DNA of 43,522 nt, taken from NCBI GenBank assembly GCA_964651775.1, contig CAZYYT010000002.1:1-43522 (forward strand). The letters run 5' to 3'. The translations under genes and the position numbers were made by a program. This document shows, one piece after another, positions 20,081-28,904 of the stretch; position 1 is the first letter of the stretch; each line of letters starts with the position of its first letter. Under the pieces are notes generated by a model. The model ran no database searches, was not told where the DNA came from, and saw nothing but the letters and a program-made list of their open reading frames with translations. The DNA comes from an uncultured Oscillospiraceae bacterium. Lineage in GTDB: Bacteria > Bacillota > Clostridia > UMGS1883.

Positions 20081-20881
20081 ATGAAAACAGTTGTAATTAC
20101 CGGAAGTACGAGGGGGTTTGGGCGCGAGCTTTCAAGATGCTTTCGAAAGAAAAACTATAATGTGGTTATAAGTGGCACAAATGCCGAAAGATTAGAAAAA
20201 GCGTTAGCGGAGCTTTCATGTATTTCTTCCAAAGGTGAAATACATGCCTGTGTTTGTGATGTTAGAAAACAAAATGATGTTGAAAATCTGTATCTAACAT
20301 CAGAGAAAATATTTGGAAAGGTTGATATCTGGATAAACAACGCAGGCGTCAATCAGCGTGATGTGGCAATTATGGATTTAGAAAGTCAAGAGATTGACAC
20401 CCTCCTTGATATAGACTTAAAGGGCACCATTTACGGAAGCAAGGTTGCCTTTAAGCATATGCACAAACAAGGCAGTGGCCAAATATATAATGTTGAAGGC
20501 CATGGCTCAAACGATGCAATCATTATGGGGTTGTCACTTTATGGTACATCAAAAAGGGCTGTAACCTATTTTACCGAGGCGCTTAGTAAAGAGGCGGATT
20601 TACTTAACTCAAAAGTGTGCATCGGTAAAATATCACCCGGAATTATGAATACCAACTTTTTGACTACTGCAAACAGTGAAAGTGGCGCAATTACACTAAA
20701 CGAAAAAACCAAAAAGGTATATAATACCCTTGGTGATTACCCGCAAACCGTGGCAGAATTTATGGCCGATAAAATTGATAAAAACACAAAAAACAACGTC
20801 AAATTTAATTGGTTAACGGGCAGAAAAGCATTAACAAGATTTATGAGCGCAGGCTTTAGAAAAAGAGAGTTTTTTTCGTAA
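20081..20881 (+). CDS. SDR family oxidoreductase
   Basis: TGSTRGFG cofactor motif, NNAG and YGTSK catalytic motif. Start set at MKTVVITG. Confidence 0.85.
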   Translation: MKTVVITGSTRGFGRELSRCFRKKNYNVVISGTNAERLEKALAELSCISSKGEIHACVCDVRKQNDVENLYLTSEKIFGKVDIWINNAGVNQRDVAIMDLESQEIDTLLDIDLKGTIYGSKVAFKHMHKQGSGQIYNVEGHGSNDAIIMGLSLYGTSKRAVTYFTEALSKEADLLNSKVCIGKISPGIMNTNFLTTANSESGAITLNEKTKKVYNTLGDYPQTVAEFMADKIDKNTKNNVKFNWLTGRKALTRFMSAGFRKREFFS

Positions 20882-20996
20882 ACAGACTGCTTAAATAGCC
20901 TTAATCTAAAACTCAACCAAGCGTTTGTCCCCACCAAACGGTTGGTGTGTTTACTTTTGGCACAGGTAATCTATAATGGTATTAAGGAGGCGGAGG

Positions 20997-21602
20997 ATGA
21001 ATCAAGAAAAAATCGGCAAATTTATTGCTGAACGCAGAAAATATAAAAACATGACGCAGGCAAGCTTGGCTGAAAAGCTAAATATAACTGATAGGGCCGT
21101 ATCAAAATGGGAAAGAGGAAAAGGGATGCCTGACTCATCCATTATGCTTAACCTTTGCAGTGAGCTTGGTATTAGCGTAAACGAATTATTAAGTGGGGAG
21201 GTTATTGAAGTGGAAAATTACGATAAAAAATCAGAAGTTCTTTTGCTTGAAATGGCAAAGAAAGAAGAACAACATAACAAAAGACTTATGACTGCAATGT
21301 GGACGATTATGGCAGTAAGCATAGTAGCGCTTTTATCTGTTAACTTTCTAGTAGTATTTTTGGTTCCCGAAGGGCCACTACAGCTTCTATTTGTTATAGG
21401 GGCGGTAATTTTATTTATGATCCCTTGTTTTATAGCTTTAAAGCTTGAAACAGAAGCCGGTTTTTATGAATGCAAAAACTGTCACCATAAATTTGTTCCA
21501 GCTTATAAAGACGTTTTGTGGGCTATGCATATGGGAACAACAAGGCATTTAAAATGCCCCCATTGTCAGAAGAAAGCCTGGTGTAAAAAAGTATTAAAAT
21601 AA
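20997..21602 (+). CDS. membrane-anchored XRE-family HTH regulator with C-terminal zinc ribbon
   Basis: HTH_3-like MTQASLAEKLNITDRAVSKWERG, two hydrophobic segments, then CKNCHH...CPHCQ. Start at MNQEKIG after AAGGAGGCGGAGG. Confidence 0.78.
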   Translation: MNQEKIGKFIAERRKYKNMTQASLAEKLNITDRAVSKWERGKGMPDSSIMLNLCSELGISVNELLSGEVIEVENYDKKSEVLLLEMAKKEEQHNKRLMTAMWTIMAVSIVALLSVNFLVVFLVPEGPLQLLFVIGAVILFMIPCFIALKLETEAGFYECKNCHHKFVPAYKDVLWAMHMGTTRHLKCPHCQKKAWCKKVLK

Positions 21603-21605
21603 CTA

Positions 21606-21636
21606 TTGACTCTCCCCTTAGAGTATGCCTTAAAAT
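21606..21636 (+). promoter_or_regulatory. MerR-type promoter with 19-nt spacer and internal dyad
   Basis: TTGACT (21606-21611), 19-nt spacer containing ACTCTccccttAGAGT, TAAAAT (21631-21636). It lies directly upstream of the MerR-family gene. Confidence 0.5.
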
Positions 21637-21656
21637 CTTTTTGGGAGGTGGAAATT

Positions 21657-22457
21657 ATGTTTTCTATCGGTGAATTTTCAAAGTTGGCAAAGACTACAAT
21701 CAAGACACTACGCTTCTATGATGAAATTGATTTATTTAAGCCAAGCCACACAGAAGATAACGGTTATCGTTATTATTCTATTGATGACTTAAATAAGCTT
21801 ACAATGATTTTAGAGCTTAGGGAAATTGGTCTGTCAATAAGTGAAATTAAAAATGTACTCCTAGGGTATGACCTTGAAACCACACTTGTAAATAGGTCTG
21901 ATTCACTCAAAAAAGAAATCGAGAAAAGCCATAATGACCTGTCCCTTATAAACAATATTTTAATTCAAATAGAAAAAGGAGAGTCTATTATGGAAAAGTA
22001 TCAAGCATCGGAAATTATAGTTCCTGAAATCAAGGTTTATTACAAGCACGGCGTAATTGAAAATATGTCAAAGCTAGTTGATTTTGTTTTATCTGCAGGC
22101 AGAGAGGTAAGCGAAAACAACCCTACACTTAAGTGTGAGGGTTACTGCTATATAACCTATGAAGCGCCACAGTATCAAGAACAAAATGTGGAGCTTGAGT
22201 ATGTGGAGCAGATAACCGAATTTGGAAAAGAAAGCGAGAACATCAAATTCAAAACAGTGCCCTCCATAAAGGCAATTTCTGTTACACATAAGGGGCCATA
22301 TGATAAGCTTAGTGAGGCGTACCTTTATGCAGTAAACTTTGTAAAAGAAAAAGGATACACAATTTCAGATAAAATTCGTGAGGTTTATATCCACGGATGT
22401 TGGGATAGGGATAGTGAGGATGATTATGAAACTGAAATCCAAGTCCCTGTAAAGTAA
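21657..22457 (+). CDS. MerR family regulator with GyrI-like effector-binding domain (BmrR-like)
   Basis: MFSIGEFSKLAKTTIKTLRFYDEIDLFKP is a MerR HTH. The C-terminal roughly 150 aa are GyrI-like (ends EIQVPVK). GGGAGGTG upstream. Confidence 0.85.
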   Translation: MFSIGEFSKLAKTTIKTLRFYDEIDLFKPSHTEDNGYRYYSIDDLNKLTMILELREIGLSISEIKNVLLGYDLETTLVNRSDSLKKEIEKSHNDLSLINNILIQIEKGESIMEKYQASEIIVPEIKVYYKHGVIENMSKLVDFVLSAGREVSENNPTLKCEGYCYITYEAPQYQEQNVELEYVEQITEFGKESENIKFKTVPSIKAISVTHKGPYDKLSEAYLYAVNFVKEKGYTISDKIREVYIHGCWDRDSEDDYETEIQVPVK

Positions 22458-22469
22458 GGAGAATTTTAA

Positions 22470-23090
22470 GTGGAAAACTATATTATAAGACGCGAAACAC
22501 CGCGGGATTATCAAGAGGTTTTAAATTTGGTGCGTGAGTCATTTTGGAATGTTTACCGCCCCGGTTGTATTGAACATTATGCTCTACACATTATGAGAAG
22601 CTCAAGCGACTTTGTGAAAGAACTGGATTTTGTTATGGAGCTTGACGGTAAAATCATAGGACAAAATGTTTTTACCAAAGCACAAATCAAAGCTGATGAC
22701 GGTAAAATTATCCCTGTACTTACAATGGGGCCAATTTGTATTACTCCACAGCTAAGGGGCAAGGGTTATGGAAAAATATTACTTGATTATTCGTTGGAGA
22801 AAGCAAAAGAGTTAGGCTATGGTGCAGTATGCTTTGAAGGTAATATAGACTTTTACGGGAAAAGTGGCTTTGTTGTGGCAAGCACAATGAACATTCACTA
22901 CTATGGCGAGCCACGGGAAAACGAAGTCCCGTACTTTCTTTGCAAAGAACTGCAAAAAGGTTATCTTAAAGGTATCGAAGGGGTATTTTGCCAACCAATG
23001 GAAGTATATGTTGACGATAATGCGGCGGATGAATTTGATAAGCAGTTTCCTTATAAAGAAAAGCTTAAACTACCGGGACAACTTGTGTAA
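22470..23090 (+). CDS. GNAT family N-acetyltransferase
   Basis: 206 aa. Acetyl-CoA motif region PQLRGKGYGKILLDYSLEKAKELGY. GTG start 8 nt after AAGGAG. Confidence 0.78.
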   Translation: MENYIIRRETPRDYQEVLNLVRESFWNVYRPGCIEHYALHIMRSSSDFVKELDFVMELDGKIIGQNVFTKAQIKADDGKIIPVLTMGPICITPQLRGKGYGKILLDYSLEKAKELGYGAVCFEGNIDFYGKSGFVVASTMNIHYYGEPRENEVPYFLCKELQKGYLKGIEGVFCQPMEVYVDDNAADEFDKQFPYKEKLKLPGQLV

Positions 23091-23281
23091 AATTTAGTAT
23101 ACTTATTTACTTCTTAAGCTATATTAATAATCTAAACAGAAATGAAGATGATACTACGAAAATTTATGACATTTCTCAAGAGGTTTTTTCTTCTGTTGTT
23201 TTTGAGGGGGACCCAAAGCCTGAAGGTAAAGCAATAAAAAGAATTGAAGATGGGGCTTTATATAATCTATCTTCATTTAGT

Positions 23282-23749
23282 ATGTGTGCACATAATGGCA
23301 CCCACGTAGATGCGCCGTTTCACTTTTTAAAGGATGGGGATACTGTTGATAAAATCCCGCTTAAGCATTTTGTTGGAAATGCATATGTAGCATATCATGA
23401 TGGATATGTAAAATTAGAAGATGCTAAATTAATCCTTGAAAAAGCGCGGGCATTTGATGGCGCGGGAAAAAGAATTCTCATCAAAGGAAAAGCAGTGGTT
23501 ACGCTTGAGGCTGCAAAATTTTTTGCAAACTCAAATATACTTCTTTTAGGAAATGAGTCGCAAACGATAGGACCGGAGGACGCACCAATGGCTGTGCATA
23601 AAGCACTACTCTCTAAAAACATTGTTTTACTTGAAGGTATCAGGCTTAAAGACGTTTCTGAAGGTGCATATTTATTAAGCGCTGCCCCACTAAACCTTAA
23701 GAGGTTTGACGGGGCGCCGTGTAGGGCGGTGCTTATAGATACAAATTAA
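23282..23749 (+). CDS. cyclase family protein (arylformamidase-like); conserved N-terminus lies upstream without a start codon
   Basis: HNGTHVDAPFHF motif. The in-frame upstream sequence (from 23156) reads TKIYDISQEVFSSVVFEGDPKPEG, typical of the family N-terminus, but has no ATG/GTG/TTG. Confidence 0.6.
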   Translation: MCAHNGTHVDAPFHFLKDGDTVDKIPLKHFVGNAYVAYHDGYVKLEDAKLILEKARAFDGAGKRILIKGKAVVTLEAAKFFANSNILLLGNESQTIGPEDAPMAVHKALLSKNIVLLEGIRLKDVSEGAYLLSAAPLNLKRFDGAPCRAVLIDTN

Positions 23750-23912
23750 ATGAAGAAACTTACGCTGTATAATCATTGTGGTTAAGAATATATTGTATTA
23801 ACTAGCAACTTAAATATCACCGAGGGTAAGATTTTAAAAGTTAAACCAGCTTTAATTAAAAGAATCTCCTTGATATTTGTGTTAAAAAATTTAATAATAA
23901 GAGGGCGTTATT

Positions 23913-24554
23913 ATGAAAAAGAAAGTAGTTTTAATGACTATAATTTCATGTCTGGTGACTTTAATTCCAATGCTGGTGGGGCTTATACTTTGGGATAAAC
24001 TCCCCGAAGAGATGCCAACCAACTTTGGATTTAACGGCGAAGTTACAGGGTATAGCAGCAAATTTTTTGGAGTTGTTGGACTTCCGTTAATTTTAGTGGC
24101 AAGCAATTTGTTTTGTATTATTTTTACAATGGCAGACCCAAGGAGAAAGAATATCAGTAACACGGTTTTGGGCGTAGTTTTAACAATAATACCCATTAGC
24201 TCAATTTTTAGTTGTGTGCTTTTATACAAAGATGCTTTAGGATTTAACATAAATGTAGGCACACTTTCAACTGCATTTTTGGGTATTATCTTTATAGTAG
24301 TTGGTTTAATCCTTCCAAAATGCAAACAGAATTACACTGTTGGTATCAAGCTTCCTTGGACACTACATAGTGAAAAAAATTGGGATAAAACCCACGCATT
24401 AGGCGGTAAAGTTTGGGTGATCGGCGGTATTATCCTTACTATATTCGGTATGCTTGGTTATGAAAAAATCGTCTTTTGGGGAATATTTGTTTTGGTAGCC
24501 ATTCCAGTGGTGTATTCTTATGTATATTATAGAAAAAACGAACTCAAGAAATAA
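23913..24554 (+). CDS. SdpI/YhfL-like membrane protein (DUF1648 + SdpI family)
   Basis: 213 aa with about 6 TM segments. N-terminal LWDKLPEEMPTNFGFNGEVTGYSSK pattern typical of DUF1648. Confidence 0.7.
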   Translation: MKKKVVLMTIISCLVTLIPMLVGLILWDKLPEEMPTNFGFNGEVTGYSSKFFGVVGLPLILVASNLFCIIFTMADPRRKNISNTVLGVVLTIIPISSIFSCVLLYKDALGFNINVGTLSTAFLGIIFIVVGLILPKCKQNYTVGIKLPWTLHSEKNWDKTHALGGKVWVIGGIILTIFGMLGYEKIVFWGIFVLVAIPVVYSYVYYRKNELKK

Positions 24555-24640
24555 AATTCTTGTACCGTAAATTCACACAAACCAAAACAAGAAAATAGTA
24601 AAATAATGAGTTAAGGCGACAAAATGTTCAGGTTTGAACT

Positions 24641-24683
24641 GAGCTGTGCCAATCTGTGCAAACAGCACAAATTGGTACAGCTC
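24641..24683 (+). terminator. Rho-independent terminator candidate
   Basis: gagctgtgccaat / attggtacagctc stem (one G-U pair), followed by AATTTTTA. Confidence 0.55.
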
Positions 24684-24718
24684 AATTTTTATAGAGGTAC
24701 TTTTTTTATATAAACATA

Positions 24719-24766
24719 TTGACATTTGTTTATATGTTGTATATAATATAATACATAAACGTTTAT
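24719..24766 (+). promoter_or_regulatory. promoter plus palindromic operator candidates for the ArsR-family operon
   Basis: TTGACA (24719-24724), 17 nt, TATAAT (24742-24747). Inverted repeat AACATAT...ATATGTT overlaps the -35/spacer. Perfect 12-bp palindrome ATAAACGTTTAT at 24755-24766. Confidence 0.45.
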
Positions 24767-24784
24767 TTATGTGAGGTGAATATT

Positions 24785-25069
24785 ATGAAAGAAAGTTATA
24801 CAAAGGAAGCTACAATATTCAAGGCTTTTTGCGATGAAAACAGATTGAAGATACTTGTTCTTTTAAAAAATGGTGAAATGTGCGGTTGTAAGCTAATCGA
24901 GGCGCTAAATATTACTCAACCAAACCTTTCTCACCATATGAAAATACTTTGTGATTCAGGTGTTGTTGAAGGCAGAAAAGATGGAAAGTGGACTTATTAT
25001 AAAATCTCAGAAGAAGGCAGGGATTTTGCCATAAAACTGCTTTTTGATATTACAAAAACGGAGGTGTAA
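24785..25069 (+). CDS. ArsR/SmtB family metalloregulator
   Basis: DENRLKILVLLKNGEMCGCKLIEALNITQPNLSHHMKIL is a canonical ArsR wHTH with a CxC site. ATG at 24785 after GAGGTGA. Confidence 0.85.
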   Translation: MKESYTKEATIFKAFCDENRLKILVLLKNGEMCGCKLIEALNITQPNLSHHMKILCDSGVVEGRKDGKWTYYKISEEGRDFAIKLLFDITKTEV

Positions 25070-25070
25070 G

Positions 25071-26072
25071 ATGGCTATTTGGTCTATTATTCAAACACAG
25101 GTTTTGGGTATGGCGTGGCTTAACGGATTAATTGGGAATATGCTTTCATCGTTTGGCCTTGATATTCAAAGCAAAATAGGTGCAAGTGTACAATTCTTCT
25201 TGTATGATACCATAAAGATTATGGTGCTTCTAGGCATTTTGATTTTGATAATTTCATACATTCAAAGCTATTTCCCACCTGAGAGGACAAAAAAGATATT
25301 GGGAAGATTTAAGGGTGTTGGCGCAAATACCTTGGCAGCACTTTTAGGTACGGTAACGCCGTTTTGCTCATGTTCTTCAATTCCCCTATTTATGGGATTT
25401 ACAAGCGCAGGTCTTCCACTTGGTGTAACTTTTTCTTTTTTGATATCCTCACCAATGGTTGACTTAGGCTCTCTTGTGCTTTTGATGAGTATATTCGGTG
25501 CAAAAGTTGCTATTTCTTATGTTATTTTGGGGCTTGTTATCGCAGTTGTCGGCGGAACTTTGATTGAGAAAATGCATCTTGAAAATGAGGTTGAAGATTA
25601 TATTAAAAATGCAAGGGCGCTTGAAATCGAAGCGGAGGAGCTAAACTTTAAACAAAGGATAAAATTTGCTTGGGAAAAAGTTATAGAAACTGCAAAAAAG
25701 GTGTTTCCTTATGTCCTTGTGGGAACGCTTATTGGGGCATTTATTCATAACTGGATACCACAAGATTTCATTATAAAGCTACTTGGTAACGGAAATCCGT
25801 TCGGCGTAATAATTGCAACTATAGCAGGGGTGCCAATGTATGCAGATATTTTTGGCACAATTCCTATCGCAGAAGCTCTACTTTTAAAGGGTGCTAGTTT
25901 AGGAGTTGTACTTTCATTTATGATGGGTGTAACAACACTTTCGCTACCTTCAATGATAATGTTAAGAAAAGCAATTAAACCAAAGCTTTTAGGTATATTT
26001 GTAGCAATCTGCACCGTAGGAATTATTATCGTTGGCTATATATTTAATATGGTTCAAAATATTTTGATATAG
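25071..26072 (+). CDS. UPF0718/ArsP-like permease
   Basis: Polytopic protein. Conserved TPFCSCSSIPLF motif. Start at MAIWSIIQ after GGAGGTG. Confidence 0.78.
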   Translation: MAIWSIIQTQVLGMAWLNGLIGNMLSSFGLDIQSKIGASVQFFLYDTIKIMVLLGILILIISYIQSYFPPERTKKILGRFKGVGANTLAALLGTVTPFCSCSSIPLFMGFTSAGLPLGVTFSFLISSPMVDLGSLVLLMSIFGAKVAISYVILGLVIAVVGGTLIEKMHLENEVEDYIKNARALEIEAEELNFKQRIKFAWEKVIETAKKVFPYVLVGTLIGAFIHNWIPQDFIIKLLGNGNPFGVIIATIAGVPMYADIFGTIPIAEALLLKGASLGVVLSFMMGVTTLSLPSMIMLRKAIKPKLLGIFVAICTVGIIIVGYIFNMVQNILI

Positions 26073-26084
26073 GAGGATTTTAAA

Positions 26085-26438
26085 ATGGGAGTATTTAATG
26101 TTATTAAAAAAAAGAAAAAAGAGACTTGCTGCAGCTGTAAATGTGAGGGGAGTATTACCCCCACAGAAAATGTTTGCTGTGGCGAAAATACAGATGGAAT
26201 CTGCTGTATTAAGGTGCTTGGTTCAGGGTGTAAATCCTGTCATGAGCAGTTTGAAAATGTAAAAGAAGCGGTGAAAAATCTTGGTTTAAATATAGAAGTA
26301 GAATATATAACCGATATGGAAAAGGTTATGAGCTACGGCGTAACAAGTATGCCTGCAATTGTAGTTAATGATAGTGTTGCCGTGATGGGTAAAGTGCTTA
26401 AAGCCAAAGACGTTGAAAAACTTTTGAGTAAATTTTAA
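26085..26438 (+). CDS. thioredoxin-fold protein (redox-active disulfide protein 2-like) with Cys-rich N-terminal extension
   Basis: C-terminal roughly 77 aa KVLGSGCKSCHEQF...MPAIVVND...GK fit the small glutaredoxin-like family. The N-terminal roughly 40 aa contain 8 Cys. Confidence 0.72.
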   Translation: MGVFNVIKKKKKETCCSCKCEGSITPTENVCCGENTDGICCIKVLGSGCKSCHEQFENVKEAVKNLGLNIEVEYITDMEKVMSYGVTSMPAIVVNDSVAVMGKVLKAKDVEKLLSKF

Positions 26439-26576
26439 TGGGGTTAACAAGGAATTTTCTATAATATCGGGGAAAATCATCCCATTAAAAACAATTAGGT
26501 TTTAGCGCCCCTCAAAAAGTCAAGAAATAGTGAAAAGTAGCACGGTCAAACTAGAATCATATACTGTAATGAGGAG

Positions 26577-27017
26577 ATGATTCATGTGCCATGTAACAAA
26601 AATAATAATATTATAGACATGGGCAAAAAACCTTATGTTACAAATATAAAAAATCAAGCAATGTCTAACACTGCTTTTCGCGCTGCCCTTTGGACAGGAG
26701 AATATCTTCAGACAACCTTAATGAGTATTAGGCCCGGTGGAGATATTGGTGTAGAAATGCATCCAAATACAGATCAATGTATTATGGTTGCCGGTGGACG
26801 CGGTATGGCTAGCACCGGTGATAGTAAGGATAGATTCACATATAGCAAAAAAATAAGTGTTGACGATGCTATATATATTCCTGCGGGAACCTGGCATAAT
26901 ATTACAAATGTAGGAAATCGCCCATTAAAATTAATTTCATTTTATGCCCCTCCTAATCACCCGCGTGGAACGTATCAAGCTTCAAAAGCAGATGCGAAAA
27001 GATCTGAATATCACTAA
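26577..27017 (+). CDS. cupin domain protein (start uncertain)
   Basis: GVEMHPNTDQCIMVAGGRG...IYIPAGTWHNITN is a two-motif cupin signature. The GAGGAG abuts the first ATG, so the true start may be the GTG at 26586 or the ATG at 26619. Confidence 0.68.
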   Translation: MIHVPCNKNNNIIDMGKKPYVTNIKNQAMSNTAFRAALWTGEYLQTTLMSIRPGGDIGVEMHPNTDQCIMVAGGRGMASTGDSKDRFTYSKKISVDDAIYIPAGTWHNITNVGNRPLKLISFYAPPNHPRGTYQASKADAKRSEYH

Positions 27018-27042
27018 AATTCATACTACTCACTTTCTTAAA

Positions 27043-27125
27043 AAGACGGTTACAAGCCCACATCCACATAAAAAAGCAGTGTCCTAGTAACCTGCCTTTT
27101 GTGGTCATGGGATTGTAATCGTCTT
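27043..27125 (+). terminator. long imperfect hairpin followed by a T-tract (terminator or structured RNA)
   Basis: aagacggttaca...cccacatccacataaaa pairs with ttttgtggtcatggg...tgtaatcgtctt, followed by ATTTTGTTTG. Confidence 0.45.
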
Positions 27126-27207
27126 ATTTTGTTTGCTTCCAATTCCCTTTTAAAACCGGTATAAAATCTGCTACTTATGGAGATAAATATAATTTATTCG
27201 CTAATAA

Positions 27208-27236
27208 TTGACAATTTAGTTTATTTGTGTTACCAT
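27208..27236 (+). promoter_or_regulatory. promoter candidate for the purine permease gene
   Basis: TTGACA (27208-27213), 17 nt, TACCAT (27231-27236) with an upstream TGT. Confidence 0.4.
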
Positions 27237-27279
27237 CTTCAAGTAGTTTTATTATATATCAAAGATAAGGGGATGTGTT

Positions 27280-28626
27280 ATGTTTAAATTAAAGGAAAAT
27301 GGTACAACAATTTCAACAGAAATTATCGCAGGCCTTACAACATTTTTCGCTATGTCATACATTATTATTGTAAATCCAAGCATTTTGGCACAGTCTGGAA
27401 TGGAATGGGGCGCAGTATTTCTTGCAACCATCATTTCATCAATCGTAGGAACGTTAGTTATGGGACTTGTAGCTAATGTACCTTACGCACAAGCCCCGGG
27501 CATGGGTCTGAATGCATTTTTTGTTTTTACTGTTTGTTTTACGCTAAAGTTTACATGGCAACAAGCATTATCCATGGTATTTATCTGTGGACTTATTAAT
27601 ATTTTTATCACAGTAACAAAAATTCGTAAGTATATTATCAAATCAATTCCACTAAGCCTTCAAAATGCAATTGGTGGCGGAATAGGTATTTTCGTAGCAT
27701 ACATTGGTTTTTTAAATGTTGGAATCATTAATTTTGGCTCAGGCGTTCCTGCACTTTCAGTGTTAAATCAGCCTGTATTTTGGGTATTTTTAATTGGTTT
27801 GTTAATTACATTTGTCTTGCTTGTTCTTAATGTAAAAGGTGCAATATTAATTTCAATTATTGCAACTACTATTATTGGAATACCTTTTGGTGTTACTCAG
27901 TTACAAGAAACAACAAGCTTTACACAGGCATGCAGCGTTCTACCAACAACATTTTTTGCTATTTTTAAAGAAGGTGGCATTACAAGCTTGTTTACAGACC
28001 TAACCAAGCTTCCTCTTGTTTTATTAACAATTTTTGCGTTTAGTATTTCTGATACGTTTGATACAATCGGAACATTTATAGGAACGGGCCGTCAAACAGG
28101 TATCTTTAGTGAAGAAGATGAGTCACTTATGGAAAGCGGATCCGGCTTTAAGTCAAAGCTTGATAAGGCTCTCTTTGCCGATGCAACAGCGACTTCAATC
28201 GGTGCTTTGTTTGGCACATCAAACACTACCACATTCGTTGAAAGTGCTGCAGGCATTGGCGTAGGTGGTCGTACAGGACTTACATCAGTTGTTGTTTCAA
28301 TTTGCTTTGCATTGTCAGCATTTTTAGCAACATTCGTAAGTGCCGTTCCTTTTGCTGCTACAGCACCTGCTTTAATCGCTGTTGGTATTATGATGACTTC
28401 TTCATTCAAGTGCATTGATTGGAGCGACTTTAATGAAGCTATTCCGGCATTCTTTGCAGGCATATTTATGGCTCTTTGCTACAGCATTTCTTATGGTATT
28501 GCAGCAGGCTTCATATTCTATATAATTACAAAGGTATGTACAGGTAAAATAAAAGAAATTAATCCTGTTTTATGGGTTTGTTCCGGTTTATTTATACTTA
28601 ACTTTGTATTACTTGCAATAATATAA
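27280..28626 (+). CDS. NCS2/AzgA-family purine (adenine/guanine/hypoxanthine) permease
   Basis: 448 aa. N-terminus FKLKENGTTISTEIIAGLTTFFAMSYIIIVNPSIL is typical of PbuG/AzgA-type permeases. Confidence 0.83.
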   Translation: MFKLKENGTTISTEIIAGLTTFFAMSYIIIVNPSILAQSGMEWGAVFLATIISSIVGTLVMGLVANVPYAQAPGMGLNAFFVFTVCFTLKFTWQQALSMVFICGLINIFITVTKIRKYIIKSIPLSLQNAIGGGIGIFVAYIGFLNVGIINFGSGVPALSVLNQPVFWVFLIGLLITFVLLVLNVKGAILISIIATTIIGIPFGVTQLQETTSFTQACSVLPTTFFAIFKEGGITSLFTDLTKLPLVLLTIFAFSISDTFDTIGTFIGTGRQTGIFSEEDESLMESGSGFKSKLDKALFADATATSIGALFGTSNTTTFVESAAGIGVGGRTGLTSVVVSICFALSAFLATFVSAVPFAATAPALIAVGIMMTSSFKCIDWSDFNEAIPAFFAGIFMALCYSISYGIAAGFIFYIITKVCTGKIKEINPVLWVCSGLFILNFVLLAII

Positions 28627-28650
28627 CAAAATTTAAAAAAGCACCTTTGA
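28497..28650 (+). repeat. direct repeat copy 1 (permease 3-prime end plus first terminator arm)
   Basis: 136-nt core 28497-28632 matches 31761-31896 with 3 mismatches. After a diverged 7-8 nt stretch, agcacctttga is shared again. Confidence 0.85.
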
Positions 28651-28904
28651 AACTGAACCGACCCCCAAAAGTTAGACCAAAAATCTTACGATTGGGAGGC
28701 CGGTTTTTACATGGCAAAAAAATAGCTTTGGATAATCTTGCTAAGGGTAAACTTGTCGAAGCAAGTGAGTTGAATCTCAATGTGACAAATGCCGCCAAAG
28801 TGAAATATATACTTTAAAACGACGATAATAAAACGCTTTATCCAATTACAGCAAGTACTGTAAAATAAAACAAATTTGTTAATTAAAAATTTTCGCAGCT
28901 TGTG

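Noticed and set aside
27018-27279. Purine riboswitch expected upstream of an NCS2 purine permease.
   Set aside because: I could not find the conserved core (UAUAAU...GGAUAUGG...UCUACC...CCGUAAAU-like segments). The region instead contains a long hairpin/terminator and a plausible sigma-70 promoter close to the RBS.
28655-28686. The motif GAACC(gacc)CCAAAAGTTAGA also occurs in inverted orientation at about 34458-34480, which could be inverted repeats of an IS or composite unit spanning 28.65-34.5 kb.
   Set aside because: The exact match is only about 12 nt plus 5-6 nt with an indel. Matches of that length are expected by chance in a 43-kb AT-rich window, no transposase is present, and the right copy lies inside a terminator loop. 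A genome-wide BLASTN of both 40-mers could revive the idea.
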